62,989 nucleotides of DNA, taken from positions 1 to 62,989 of the forward strand of contig JAUCBJ010007897.1 of the NCBI GenBank assembly GCA_032718475.1, given 5' to 3'. Made by a program: the position numbers and the translations under genes. This stretch comes from Nemertoderma westbladi. Lineage: Eukaryota > Animalia > Xenacoelomorpha. The notes beneath the pieces are model-generated. The model searched no databases. It was not told the DNA's origin and worked only from the letters and a program-made list of their open reading frames with translations. Below are positions 1-12,200 of the stretch, in pieces. Each line of letters starts with the position of its first letter. Position 1 is the stretch's first letter.

Positions 1-14
1 TAAACACCACCGCA

Positions 15-1400
15 GTGTATCGAGCACTCGTACATGAGAAAGACACAGACAGCGACCTTACCTTAACTACTTCCGATCAACAACCATCTTGGAAAGCGCC
101 AACTTCCAATATAGGAATCCGAGAGTTTCCTGTGGTGCAGGTAAGGGTGCACGGACCTAAACGGAGTTATGTAGTGAACGCCCTCCTGGACTCCGGCAGC
201 ACAGGAACATTCATCGATAAAGAGCTAGCCGAAGATATATTTGCTGGACAACCCAAGTTCCGAACCAAGCTAAACATGTCAGGGATCATGCAGGTTTGGA
301 ATTCTACTGTAGCTGCCGACTATTATATAGGCGCGTTGTCCACCCCCCAGGACGAACTAGGAGAACATAGCATAAGGTCAGTGAAAATGGTGGCTATAAA
401 GAACTTCGCTACTACTCAAGCAGACCTTTATAATTGGGACGAGGATGAGAGCATCCAACATCTTAACATACCTCGATTCCAGACTGATTATCCTGGAGTG
501 CAAATACTCATCGGCCAAAACGCGCATGAGGCGCTGGAGACATTAGAGAAACGGCCTGCTCAACCGCAGCCACTACAGACCTATGCGGTAAGAACTAGAG
601 TAGGTTGGTACCTTACTGGACCTTCCGGTAGAACGCTCAGGGAAAGACTGCTTCAAGATCGCGTCTGCCAGATGAGTGAATGGGAAGATGATACTAGTGA
701 GGGAGACGACCCAACTGAGGGAACACCACACTCCTCAGATAATGACAATCTTAGCTCCAATGTAGATCAATGGAGATATTGCCCCAAGAAGTTTAATCCA
801 ACGGACATCGCTTCCAGAGGAGCAACTCCTCAAGAACTGACAGATACTACAGACCGATTAGGTGAACCCGACTTCCTGAGTAAGGAGAATGAATGGCCTC
901 CCCATCTTACTCCGACTGAGATTATACCAGCCAAGGGAGCGGAGAAAGTCGAACCTGAAACCCGGACGTGTGGATCGGAGTTATTTGAACCCGGGATAGA
1001 TCTGTCGGTATTACATGTTGCCAGGGACGACGCCGTGGATCTGGGCCTCCCCTCCGCGAGTGGATCCTTCATGAAGATCAGAGAGAGCGATTGGAGCTCT
1101 GGAACATCAGACGTCTCGCAGGGACTCTCACCTCTCCTGCAGAGAGCGACGGACCACTATAGCTCCTGGAATCGGCTTTGTGACGCCGTCATATACTTTG
1201 AGCGATGTTTCTATCGTCACTATTCCAGGACGAAGAGGAAACCTGGAATTGTATTCAGGATGCAGCGACTCAATCACCCAGTCGGTCGTTTGTGTTTATC
1301 GGAAGGGAATGGAGGACTCTCCGGAAACTGTGGAAGGCAAGATTCTCTTCCCACGACCACCTCCCTAATCCTTCAAACATCTAGGGACTCCATAACGTAA
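15..1400 (+). mobile_element. BEL/Pao LTR retrotransposon remnant: aspartic protease joined in frame to the RNase H end/pre-integrase region (RT deleted)
   Basis: ORF has protease motif VNALLDSGSTGTFI, then ILIG and AVRTRVGWYLTGP, then jumps to QWRYCPKKFNPTDIASRG, PDFL...WP and YSSWNRL, all typical Pao pol motifs. No RT motifs lie between them. Confidence 0.85.
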
Positions 1401-1418
1401 CAACATATGGAGTGGGTG

Positions 1419-1727
1419 TGTGACTCTATTATTTTATATTATTTTATCATCTTTATATTTATGTATGTATTACTATGTAATTTTATTACAATCGTTTTAT
1501 TTAATTTAGTAGAATATTATTTAGCGATTATTTTGTAGAATAGTGCAATATATTCGTGTTTATTACGTACATACTTACTTATATTATATTTAGTGCGACG
1601 GCGAAGAAATAATTATTTTTTCTCTTTCCTTACTGTCCGTATTATATTATAAATACGTAACTACAGTAAGATGAAATGTCCGTACTTATTAAAGTACAAT
1701 AAAGCCACTACTATATTTAAGTATTAT
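1419..1727 (+). mobile_element. Putative LTR following the BEL/Pao remnant
   Basis: Hairpin ACTCCATA..TATGGAGT plus purine tract GGAGTGGG precedes TGTGAC; AATAAA near 1698; followed by PBS-like TGGTAGGCAGAG at ~1728. The canonical ..CA end is not seen. Confidence 0.4.
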
Positions 1728-1917
1728 TGGTAGGCAGAGTATTAGGAATGCAAAGTTCAGATCCTCGTGTCTCGGCTAAACCAAGCTCTGGGTAGACCTT
1801 GGAAACGACTTGCCTCTTCACACTGACATTGCTTCGTGCGATATTGCTCTCATACCGTATATTAAATAATACATATAGTAGCGTGATGTCCCTTTAACAG
1901 TAGCGTATAACGCAAAA

Positions 1918-2224
1918 TAAATCTGTTAAACCCTTTGACCATCTGTAATTCTAGTCGATTAAGATATCGCGGCACCCACCGATATACTTGAAAGACAAAT
2001 TCTAGAATCAGTGGTTAACGTCCCCAGACAAGTTCTGGAATAAATCGGTGCCCATCTCAAATATTAATTAATTAATATTTGCAAAATCTAATAAGTCAAA
2101 ATCTGTAAAATTCAGATCCTTCAACAATTCTAGTCAATTAAGATATCGTAGCATTTACCGATATTCTTAAAAAGACAATTGTCATAGAATTAAGGATCTT
2201 GTGTCCCCAGACATGTTCTGGAAT
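1918..2224 (+). repeat. Diverged direct duplication of ~125 bp (1918-2041 and 2098-2224)
   Basis: Both copies share AAATCTGT..AATTCTAGTC.ATTAAGATATCG..CCGATAT..AAAGACAA..GTCCCCAGACA.GTTCTGGAAT. Confidence 0.75.
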
Positions 2225-5200
2225 CCAAATATGTCCATTTAATTATCAAATAATAAAATTTCAGGGAATAAATTTAAATTCATGTCTTTTAATGAATTTA
2301 ATAAATTGCCATTTTACGCAATTTATAAAGTTCCCAAAATTCCATTAATTAATAGATCAAGGGAGCGGAGATTTATCTTATCATGCGTATGAGTGTGTGA
2401 AAGTCTCCCAAACATAGTCAATAGCCGATAAAATTCATAAAGTCATGTATAAAACAGAACATTGACTATTAAAGAATTACTATTAAATAACATCCCAGAT
2501 CTGTATGCATTGGAATCACCCTAATTCTACCGCTAGCTTTGCATAATGTCACCATAGCAACAACCACGCTAGAATTAGAATTGAGTTAAAAGAACAATAG
2601 AAAGCTTGTCCCATTGAATAGCATAGGGAATAAATAGTGCACTGATAGTATCCAAGGATACATAATAATACAGTGACATTCTGGAAGGCATTGACTAACG
2701 GACAAGTGACCCGAGTGTGTAATTTGTGACAAGTTGTGTGTGTGGTATTTGTGAGTTTATAGGTGAATGTTACTGCTAAGGTGTGTTTACAGTAGCTAGT
2801 CGCAATCGTAAAAGTAACCTAACTCTCCAAGGAAACCTGAAGTACATCTAAGCCTTTGGGACGGACAGTTGAGTGACTTGTGCCGGTTGTCGTTGTCGTT
2901 GTGCGGCTACGTCGTTGGCGAAAGTACAGCGGCTACGACACATCGGCGCTGAGGATCTCGTACTGTCCGGGGTTGATTGGGGTAGACAGCGACGCCCGCT
3001 CGCCTAAATATAAACTCATTATAATATGGATAAACTCATATATAGCAGATATGACGGAGTTGATAGAAGATGGTCTGGTCATCCTATCGATTTACACAAT
3101 ACGGACTATGTCGACTATATATCCTGCCCAGCGGAGTCGGAACCATAAACTGAAATTCGAATGCGAAAATTCTATTCGAAATCGACTCGAAAGAAAAGAC
3201 ACTAAAGAAACAAATAAACGCGGTAACTCCAACGTATATTTAGAATTCTTGATAGAAGCATTGTAACAACAAATAAATATCACCCGCGTTTCCCCTACCA
3301 GACGTGCGTCTTTGGTATTATTACGGTAAATGCCCTAGACCCAGCCAATAAACGGAAAGACATAAACATCCACGGAAACGTTGTGTTAAACACAGTTGTG
3401 TTCGTTATATTTACTGGAGTTTCGAGCGAAGCTTGTTTGACGTATCACCTATGCTCACTCGGCTCTAACGATCCTAGAGTAAACCTACGATCAGAGTCCC
3501 GGAATACTCGGTCAAACCTCCTCATTCCTTAGTTGGACCTCAGACCTGCGATCCTGGTGGTGTCGCGGATCCTCTTGGACGGTATTCACTGTTCAAGATC
3601 TAGTGCTACCCTAACAATTAATCGGTAACACTCCGACAGTGATTTCTAGCTAGCCGCCCATCTTACCTAGCTGGATTATGACGCAGACACCTAATATCAC
3701 TATCCAACCGTATGGTCGTCCCGTTTAACGCGATACAACCCCTCATCAAGGTGAAGGAGAGCGTTGTACGAAACGAGTTAAACGCTATTTTATAAAGATC
3801 GAAAAGGAAACCTGCGTTTGTTCAGATAAACGTAAGTTATAACAGTGAGTCCAATCGATAAACGAATTGGCCTTATCTCAATTCGATTGGGAAATCCCGA
3901 ATCTCTAAGAAGTTATCGAACTTGGACGATCCTATTCTCTGCGAGAGTTTTTGGATGAACGTATCCAGCTACGAGCGGAGGAAAATCAGCTCGAGGAGAA
4001 GCATATCGAAACGGCAGATACCTCGACCACAATCCTACACCTTCTGATGCAATCATATTGCACCCTTCACCCAGGAGTTATGGCCCTCCTAGTAAAGTGG
4101 CTCCCCCCAAAGAGAAAAAGACTCTTGCTAGCCTCAAAAAACTGCGTAAACGCCGTCTGCGTAAGAAAGACTAACTGTTTAGAGTATCTTTATGTTTTAG
4201 AAACTGTGATTTTTATATTTTATAGACTGAAAATCCCATTTTCTGGGAGCGGTGTAAAAGCCTTTGCTGAATTGCCCCGTTATTTTTATTATCTTTTACA
4301 TTAAAATACTCTGTAGTTGATTTAATAAGTGTAAGAGACCGTATTATTGCTGTATCGGTGTTTTTGGAGGATCTAAGACCTGTTTCCTCCGTGTGTGTGC
4401 TGTGGGGGGCATGTTTTGTGGTTCTGTGGCAATTCGTGACGCAAAGGGGTGATAGCTACTCTTGAACAGTAGTTACTATGACTACGGTTAACAGCTGACA
4501 TTCATACGTGTTGATTTCCTTTGTTCTACGGCGTCTCTCAGTTCAGTCAGCCAATGAGAGCGTTTTTGTGGCTCCTTGTACAGAAAATTTCCGAGAAATG
4601 ACGCAATGCCTATGTGCAGTGTTTACATTCAGTCTTGAGCCAAAGAAAGAACGGCTTGGAAGTATTTTGTGCTGTACTGCTTTTTAGTCGTACACTAGTA
4701 GGTTTAATTATAAAGGGCATATATCCTTTAACGGACCTGCATGCCTATATCTCATTGCTGACATACCGGTACTGACTTGTTGTTTTATACTGCTATTTGC
4801 TGTCAGTTCTTCATAATATGGTTGATGAATAATTATATTTGGAATAACGATAAATAACCCCGCAACCCAATATTCTTGATATACCGAAGGTAAGAGAGAA
4901 AGGTTACCAATAACGATTGTGACTTATGTTAAAGTGGTTTGAAGTGAATCTAATGTTATTTGATAGACCCTACATGAGTCAGCCTGTGTTCCTTTTATAT
5001 GTGACTAAAATCAGTGAAGATTGGCAGATTAGTGTGCAGTATTGTGCAGCATTGTGTATGAGTGAGTCTGTTAAAGAAGCAATTCCTAAAGAATGCGTCA
5101 TATATGTGAATTATAATTAAGCCATATCGTTGTGAGTAGTTTAAGTCATAACTCTGTTTATATAGATAAAGCGCCACGTCCTAAAGGAACTGTTAATATT

Positions 5201-5544
5201 ACCGAAGGTGAATAATATTGTCAGAGATTATATAGTACTGTCAGTCGAATAATACATTAGGCTTACATAGCAATAAAAATTAAACCGTCGAACCCAATCT
5301 CCCGGGAATATCCAGCGGGTGAATGGTCGCGCACGGATTGGTTTCGACTAGTGTAGTGAATCAAATACTTGTCATAGACTAAAAGCAGATTTAATATCTA
5401 GAAGACATCTTAATTTGGTGGGTTAAACTGCCAAAGGTCTGAAAGCGCGAACAATAGTCGATAGTGGGAAGGAGGGCAGGACTACATTGGGTGCGGTGCA
5501 TTATATAGGGTGTCTGCAGCTATAATCAACACCTGATACTACAT

Positions 5545-6420
5545 TGGGCACGTGTCGGGTTTGGCATGGGGAGTGGTCTTTAGAAGCCATCTTGAAGGCA
5601 AAGGTGATTAAGATAGTCCGTGTTTAGATTGAATCATCTCCCTTCGAGGAAGTGGCTGATGTGTTTTATGGCTGGCTACGGTCAAATGCACTACTGTATA
5701 TTTAGTTTCAGTAGCTTCAGTGAAAATAAGGCTAGTGTTGTCAAATGTCCAGTGTGGACGTCCTGTTCTATGATCGTACCCATGGCAATGCGCAGTGGTC
5801 ATGTTGAGAATGGCTAAGGGTGACGTTTGTAGGGCAACATTTGTAAGGGACGTTTTAAATGTTTCAAAGAATGCTTGACAGGCATCCGACTAAGCAAAGG
5901 GCATTGGAATGCTTGAGCAGCATTCTTAAGGCTAAATGACATACGGATGAACTCCCAGATGCTAAATCGCTTTGGACTGGTGGTCCTGTTGCTTCTTTGA
6001 AGAGTTCGAATCCATGGTGCTGATCATCCACAGGTTTATCGTGGGCAACAAGTTCTGGAAATTCATCACACAGAATTCGAGAAGATCATTGGGGGGATCC
6101 GAGGCAAAACTATTCCGAAGATGGCTGTAGATCTAGGTGCGCTATGCTTGATGGAATAATGGACATACTGTATATGATGGAGATCCGGGAGTCTGCGTCC
6201 ACCAACATTGATAGCGAGATGGTTGGTTGCAACGAAATCACTACCGCAGTTGCACAGAGACATCTGCAATATAAATACCTGTGTGAAGAATCAGTCGCTT
6301 ACTGTAGAAGTTGTGGGATTGCACGTGCGAATCGGTATATCATTGGCAGCGATGATGATAAGGGGTCTCGGTTCAGGTGTCCCAAACCATTTGTCATTGG
6401 GGAGGCAGAATAGACACGTA
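5545..6420 (-). mobile_element. Degenerate Ty3/Gypsy pol fragment (protease end, RT, RNase H)
   Basis: Minus-strand translation with frameshifts gives IAANDIPIRT, IADVS..GSDFVATNHLAINVGGRRL, ATGPPV, WEFIRMSFSLKNAAQAFQ and AIKHISHFLEGR..NTD..FAF..SPCQTRH. Confidence 0.8.
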
Positions 6421-7052
6421 CAGTCGTACGTACAGTCGTACGTACACGTAGTCACTGTACAGTCACTGTACAGTCACCTGTAGTCACTTCCTGTACCGAC
6501 TAGGAATACCCTTGGGAGATTATTTTAGAAATCCCAAAGAATTACCCTTGGGACTGTAGGGAGTTAGTGTATGGCGCCCTCCCCAGCCTAAGAGGCAACA
6601 GCCAAGGGAGATGAGCCTTTATGGTAGCCTCCACGTTCACCGATCACTTTACTTTTACTTCACTACCGGTATCGCTAAGTTTTTCTGACTAAAATTGTAA
6701 CCGACTAACATCGGTATTAGGGGGGATAAAATCCACCCGAAAGGACAATACAGCAATATGCTAGTAGCACTGCTTTATCCCTTCAAATTTCCCGCGGGAA
6801 CCATCCATTCATTTAATCAGTACTTGTCTGCACTCTGCATTGCGTCACTGAAACAGTACTGCTAGCAGTACTGGTGCCGGTGCAGAGCAGGTATACCTAA
6901 TTGGAATTGCCAACATCTACCTACAGATCTAATAACAATTCACAATAAAACAACTAGGCCTACTGAACTATAGGATAGGTAATACCGTAGCTGTATTCTT
7001 GGTATTCTCACTCTCAGACAGTCAGACTGCCCAAACAAGCAGATCCGAGATT

Positions 7053-8732
7053 ATGGCCGACCTTCTTGGATCTATTTTAGGACAAATGGATAAACCTCCA
7101 TCACTTACGCCAAAGGTTAGAGTCGCATTTACTGATTTATTCAATAAAATATTTCACAAGTAACTGTAAATGTGAAGACCTATTTCAGTCGTAGTCTTAC
7201 ACCAGTCCGAGTCCAGTAGGTGGGCCTAACTGCCTAATCCTGTAATCGTTTTTAATTACTCTTACCTGTAGTAGTCCATGAATGCTCCTGCTCTGTACAT
7301 CAGCACACAGTGTAGAGTCTCTAATTACAGAATATTTAATGTTTCTAATAATTCCAGGAACGGAAGCTTCGCGCCGCAGCGAAAGAGAAAGATAAACTCG
7401 AGAAAGCAAACTTGTCCGTCATACGTAGAAAAATACAGAAATCCATCACTGAGTTCCTAAACGACCCAACATTGGAACGTCTGAAACTCGAACCCATGGA
7501 TAAAGTGAGTAGGCTGTTTAGCCTAGCCTAATCCAGTATGTTATTGATTTAGTGGCCTAACAAGTTGTAGTTCAGTTGTAGCAGTTAGACTGTTAAGTTA
7601 AACTTCATTTTTTCCAGAATTATTGAAGCCGTTTAAATTCTTGAACTGGAAACTTGGAGCAGTTCAATCAAATAACACATTCCCCAAGATATAATTGATT
7701 CAATTAACAGCTGATTACTCCCAAAACAAAATAAACTGTACGCTGTTCTATTGTTTTGTGTATATAGAATAACGTTGCCATGTAAACCTGCTCCTTCTTT
7801 CTATTAATTGAAGACATTGACAATTCGCCGAGGTAGTGATTAATACACTACTAACACTACAGTTCAGTAGAAGTGATTTTAAGATTTAACGTGGAAACAT
7901 TTTATCCAATCCATATGATGTTTTCTGATCGGGAAATGGATGTTAAATTTGTTTACCTTTTTAGTTTTTATAATTTAATTTGTTTTTGTATTACTTGTAA
8001 TTTACTTATATTTAATATAACAATGTTTCTTGTTTCTATGTAGTAATTTGTTTACTAATTTCCACCAGACAGGTCGGGTTATGGCCCACGAAGCAGCCGA
8101 TATCGCCGGACTTAACAGCCAATCATGTTGCGAAGAAGAAACAGATAAGTATGTTTTGATGTTCAAAAAGGAATTTCTTCCATGTGACGCGGAATTAGCT
8201 GCCCTCAGGTTTGTTACTGCCAGAATCCTTGGTACATTGTTTTTCGGTCTGTTCCCCTGCAAGATTAAGGATTGATCTTTATCTCCCGAGAGATACGTTA
8301 TTAGCGGGATATAAAGTATCGTCATACTGCTCGGTTCATCTGCTCTCAGTGACACGAGTACGTCTGTTGTCACACGATGGCAGACTTCATTTAAGATGAA
8401 GTTGTAAATATTCATCTCCAATATTTTTGTTTAGACGCGGAGAAGTGTACAACCCCTCGACTAGTTCCCAAGGAGAGCAGACCTCCCGTACAGGAGACGG
8501 GTCCCCCACCGGTGTGGTTACCCAGCCCCCCGCTGAGAAACGTTACATATCCAAGTACACCCACCTCCTGGGAACCAATAGCGAGGAGGCTATAGCCGCA
8601 GTGGCCAACCAATCCTATGGGCTGGTGAGTTCCCATAGGAAACGGGACCAACGCAGCATCGAACAAACTCTCAACGATATTCGGCATAAAAAGCGAGTCA
8701 AATCGAAAGATACAGAGGAAGAGACTAGTTGA
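7053..8732 (+). CDS. SPAG7: Sperm-associated antigen 7 homologue (R3H-domain protein), 4 exons, 215 aa
   Basis: join(7053..7115,7358..7504,8069..8208,8435..8732) = 648 nt with GT-AG introns in phases 0,0,2. Protein starts MADLLGSILGQMDKPPSL and contains EPMDK, RVMAH (R3H), YVLMFKKEFLPCDAEL, KYTHLLG, ANQSYGLV and KRDQRSIEQTLNDIRHKKR, matching remembered SPAG7 motifs. AATAAA at 8850. Confidence 0.95.
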
Positions 8733-8929
8733 TATGAGATGAGTTATATACCGAATTCGTTTGCTCAAAGATACTGTCATACTCCTAATTATTATTATTG
8801 TTGTACTTGAGTTCATCTAAAGTATTTATTAATATATTTTTTATTTCAAAATAAATTGTATGTTTGATTAAAATATATTTAATTTCAATTGAAGTTGGAT
8901 AACAACGAGAGGTTTATATAGGACCATGC

Positions 8930-9012
8930 GGGTGGGTATGAAGCTGTTTGATTTGAATGCTACCATGTGATACGGTCCTGAGAGGTCCTGGTTCGAATCC
9001 CGGTCCCAGCGT
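8930..9012 (+). other. Degenerate tRNA-derived SINE head / tRNA-like relic
   Basis: Clean B box GGTTCGAATCCC at ~8990 in a T-arm-like context; no convincing A box or cloverleaf. Confidence 0.4.
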
Positions 9013-9232
9013 AAACAACAGGGTTCTATTTGTACTTCACCAGCCCTCCACATAAAACAAGCCATCACGAACACTAACTGACCTTTATAGAAAGCCAAAT
9101 AAAAAGGAGCAACCAAATATTGAATGAAAATAATAATAAAAAAAATACAACTATTACATTTTATACTATATTACTTTCACATCATCACACTATTATAAGT
9201 AATATATATATATAAATTTATTGACAAATATT

Positions 9233-12200
9233 TCACAAATAGCACGGGCACAATAACAGTCCACTAATAAGGGTAACTCACAAATAGCACGGGCACAATA
9301 ACAGTCCACTAATAAGGGTAACTCACAAATAGCACGGGCACAATAACAGTCAACTAATAAGGGTAACTCACAAATATCACGGGCACAATAACAGTCCACT
9401 AATAAGGGTAACTCACAAATAGCACGGGCACAATAACAGTCCACTAATAAGGGTAACTCACAAATAGCACGGGCACAATAACAGTCCACTAATAAGGGTA
9501 ACTCACAAATAGCACGGGCACAATAACAGTCCACTAATAAGGGTAACTCACAAATTGCACGGGCACAATAACAGTCCACTAATAAGGGTAACTCACAAAT
9601 AGCACGGGCACAATAACAGTCCACTAATAAGGGTAACTCACAAATAGCACGGGCACAATAACAGTCCACTAATAAGGGTAACTCACAAATAGCACGGGCA
9701 CAATAACAGTCCACTAATAAGGGTAACTCACAAATAGCACGGGCACAATAACAGTCCACTAATAAGGGTAACTCACAAATAGCACGGGCACAATAACAGT
9801 CCACTAATAAGGGTAACTCACAAATATCACGGGCACAATAACAGTCCACTAATAAGGGTAACTCACAAATAGCACGGGCACAATAACAGTCCACTAATAA
9901 GGGTAACTCACAAATAGCACGGGCACAATAACAGTCCACTAATAAGGGTAACTCACAAATAGCACGGGCACAATAACAGTCCACTAATAAGGGTAACTCA
10001 CAAATAGCACGGGCACAATAACAGTCCACTAATAAGGGTAACTCACAAATATCACGGGCACAATAACAGTCCACTAATAAGGGTAACTCACAAATAGCAC
10101 GGGCACAATAACAGTCCACTAATAAGGGTAACTCACAAATAGCACGGGCACAATAACAGTCCACTAATAAGGGTAACTCACAAATAGCACGGGCACAATA
10201 ACAGTCCACTAATAAGGGTAACTCACAAATAGCACGGGCACAATAACAGTCCACTAATAAGGGTAACTCACAAATATCACGGGCACAATAACAGTCCACT
10301 AATAAGGGTAACTCACAAATAGCACGGGCACAATAACAGTCCACTAATAAGGGTAACTCACAAATAGCACGGGCACAATAACAGTCCACTAATAAGGGTA
10401 ACTCACAAATAGCACGGGCACAATAACAGTCCACTAATAAGGGTAACTCACAAATAGCACGGGCACAATAACAGTCCACTAATAAGGGTAACTCACAAAT
10501 AGCACGGGCACAATAACAGTCCACTAATAAGGGTAACTCACAAATAGCACGGGCACAATAACAGTCCACTAATAAGGGTAACTCACAAATAGCACGGGCA
10601 CAATAACAGTCCACTAATAAGGGTAACTCACAAATAGCACGGGCACAATAACAGTCCACTAATAAGGGTAACTCACAAATAGCACGGGCACAATAACAGT
10701 CCACTAATAAGGGTAACTCACAAATAGCACGGGCACAATAACAGTCCACTAATAAGGGTAACTCACAAATAGCACGGGCACAATAACAGTCCACTAATAA
10801 GGGTAACTCACAAATAGCACGGGCACAATAACAGTCCACTAATAAGGGTAACTCACAAATAGCACGGGCACAATAACAGTCCACTAATAAGGGTAACTCA
10901 CAAATAGCACGGGCACAATAACAGTCCACTAATAAGGGTAACTCACAAATAGCACGGGCACAATAACAGTCCACTAATAAGGGTAACTCACAAATAGCAC
11001 GGGCACAATAACAGTCCACTAATAAGGGTAACTCACAAATAGCACGGGCACAATAACAGTCCACTAATAAGGGTAACTCACAAATAGCACGGGCACAATA
11101 ACAGTCCACTAATAAGGGTAACTCACAAATAGCACGGGCACAATAACAGTCCACTAATAAGGGTAACTCACAAATAGCACGGGCACAATAACAGTCCACT
11201 AATAAGGGTAACTCACAAATAGCACGGGCACAATAACAGTCCACTAATAAGGGTAACTCACAAATAGCACGGGCACAATAACAGTCCACTAATAAGGGTA
11301 ACTCACAAATAGCACGGGCACAATAACAGTCCACTAATAAGGGTAACTCACAAATAGCACGGGCACAATAACAGTCCACTAATAAGGGTAACTCACAAAT
11401 AGCACGGGCACAATAACAGTCCACTAATAAGGGTAACTCACAAATAGCACGGGCACAATAACAGTCCACTAATAAGGGTAACTCACAAATAGCACGGGCA
11501 CAATAACAGTCCACTAATAAGGGTAACTCACAAATAGCACGGGCACAATAACAGTCCACTAATAAGGGTAACTCACAAATAGCACGGGCACAATAGCAGT
11601 CCACTAATAAGGGTAACTCACAAATAGCACGGGCACAATAACAGTCCACTAATAAGGGTAACTCACAAATAGCACGGGCACAATAACAGTCCACTAATAA
11701 GGGTAACTCACAAATAGCACGGGCACAATAACAGTCCACTAATAAGGGTAACTCACAAATAGCACGGGCACAATAACAGTCCACTAATAAGGGTAACTCA
11801 CAAATAGCACGGGCACAATAACAGTCCACTAATAAGGGTAACTCACAAATAGCACGGGCACAATAACAGTCCACTAATAAGGGTAACTCACAAATAGCAC
11901 GGGCACAATAACAATCCACTAATAAGGGTAACTCACAAATATCACGGGCACAATAACAGTCCACTAATAAGGGTAACTCACAAATAGCACGGGCACAATA
12001 ACAGTCCACTAATAAGGGTAACTCACAAATAGCACGGGCACAATAACAGTCCACTAATAAGGGTAACTCACAAATAGCACGGGCACAATAGCAGTCCACT
12101 AATAAGGGTAACTCACAAATAGCACGGGCACAATAACAGTCCACTAATAAGGGTAACTCACAAATAGCACGGGCACAATAACAGTCCACTAATAAGGGTA

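Noticed and set aside
4430-4895. Promoter-like motifs (TGACGCAA, CCAAT) with an ATG at 4818 and a GTAAG donor
   Set aside because: The frame has several immediate stops; short motifs alone are insufficient.
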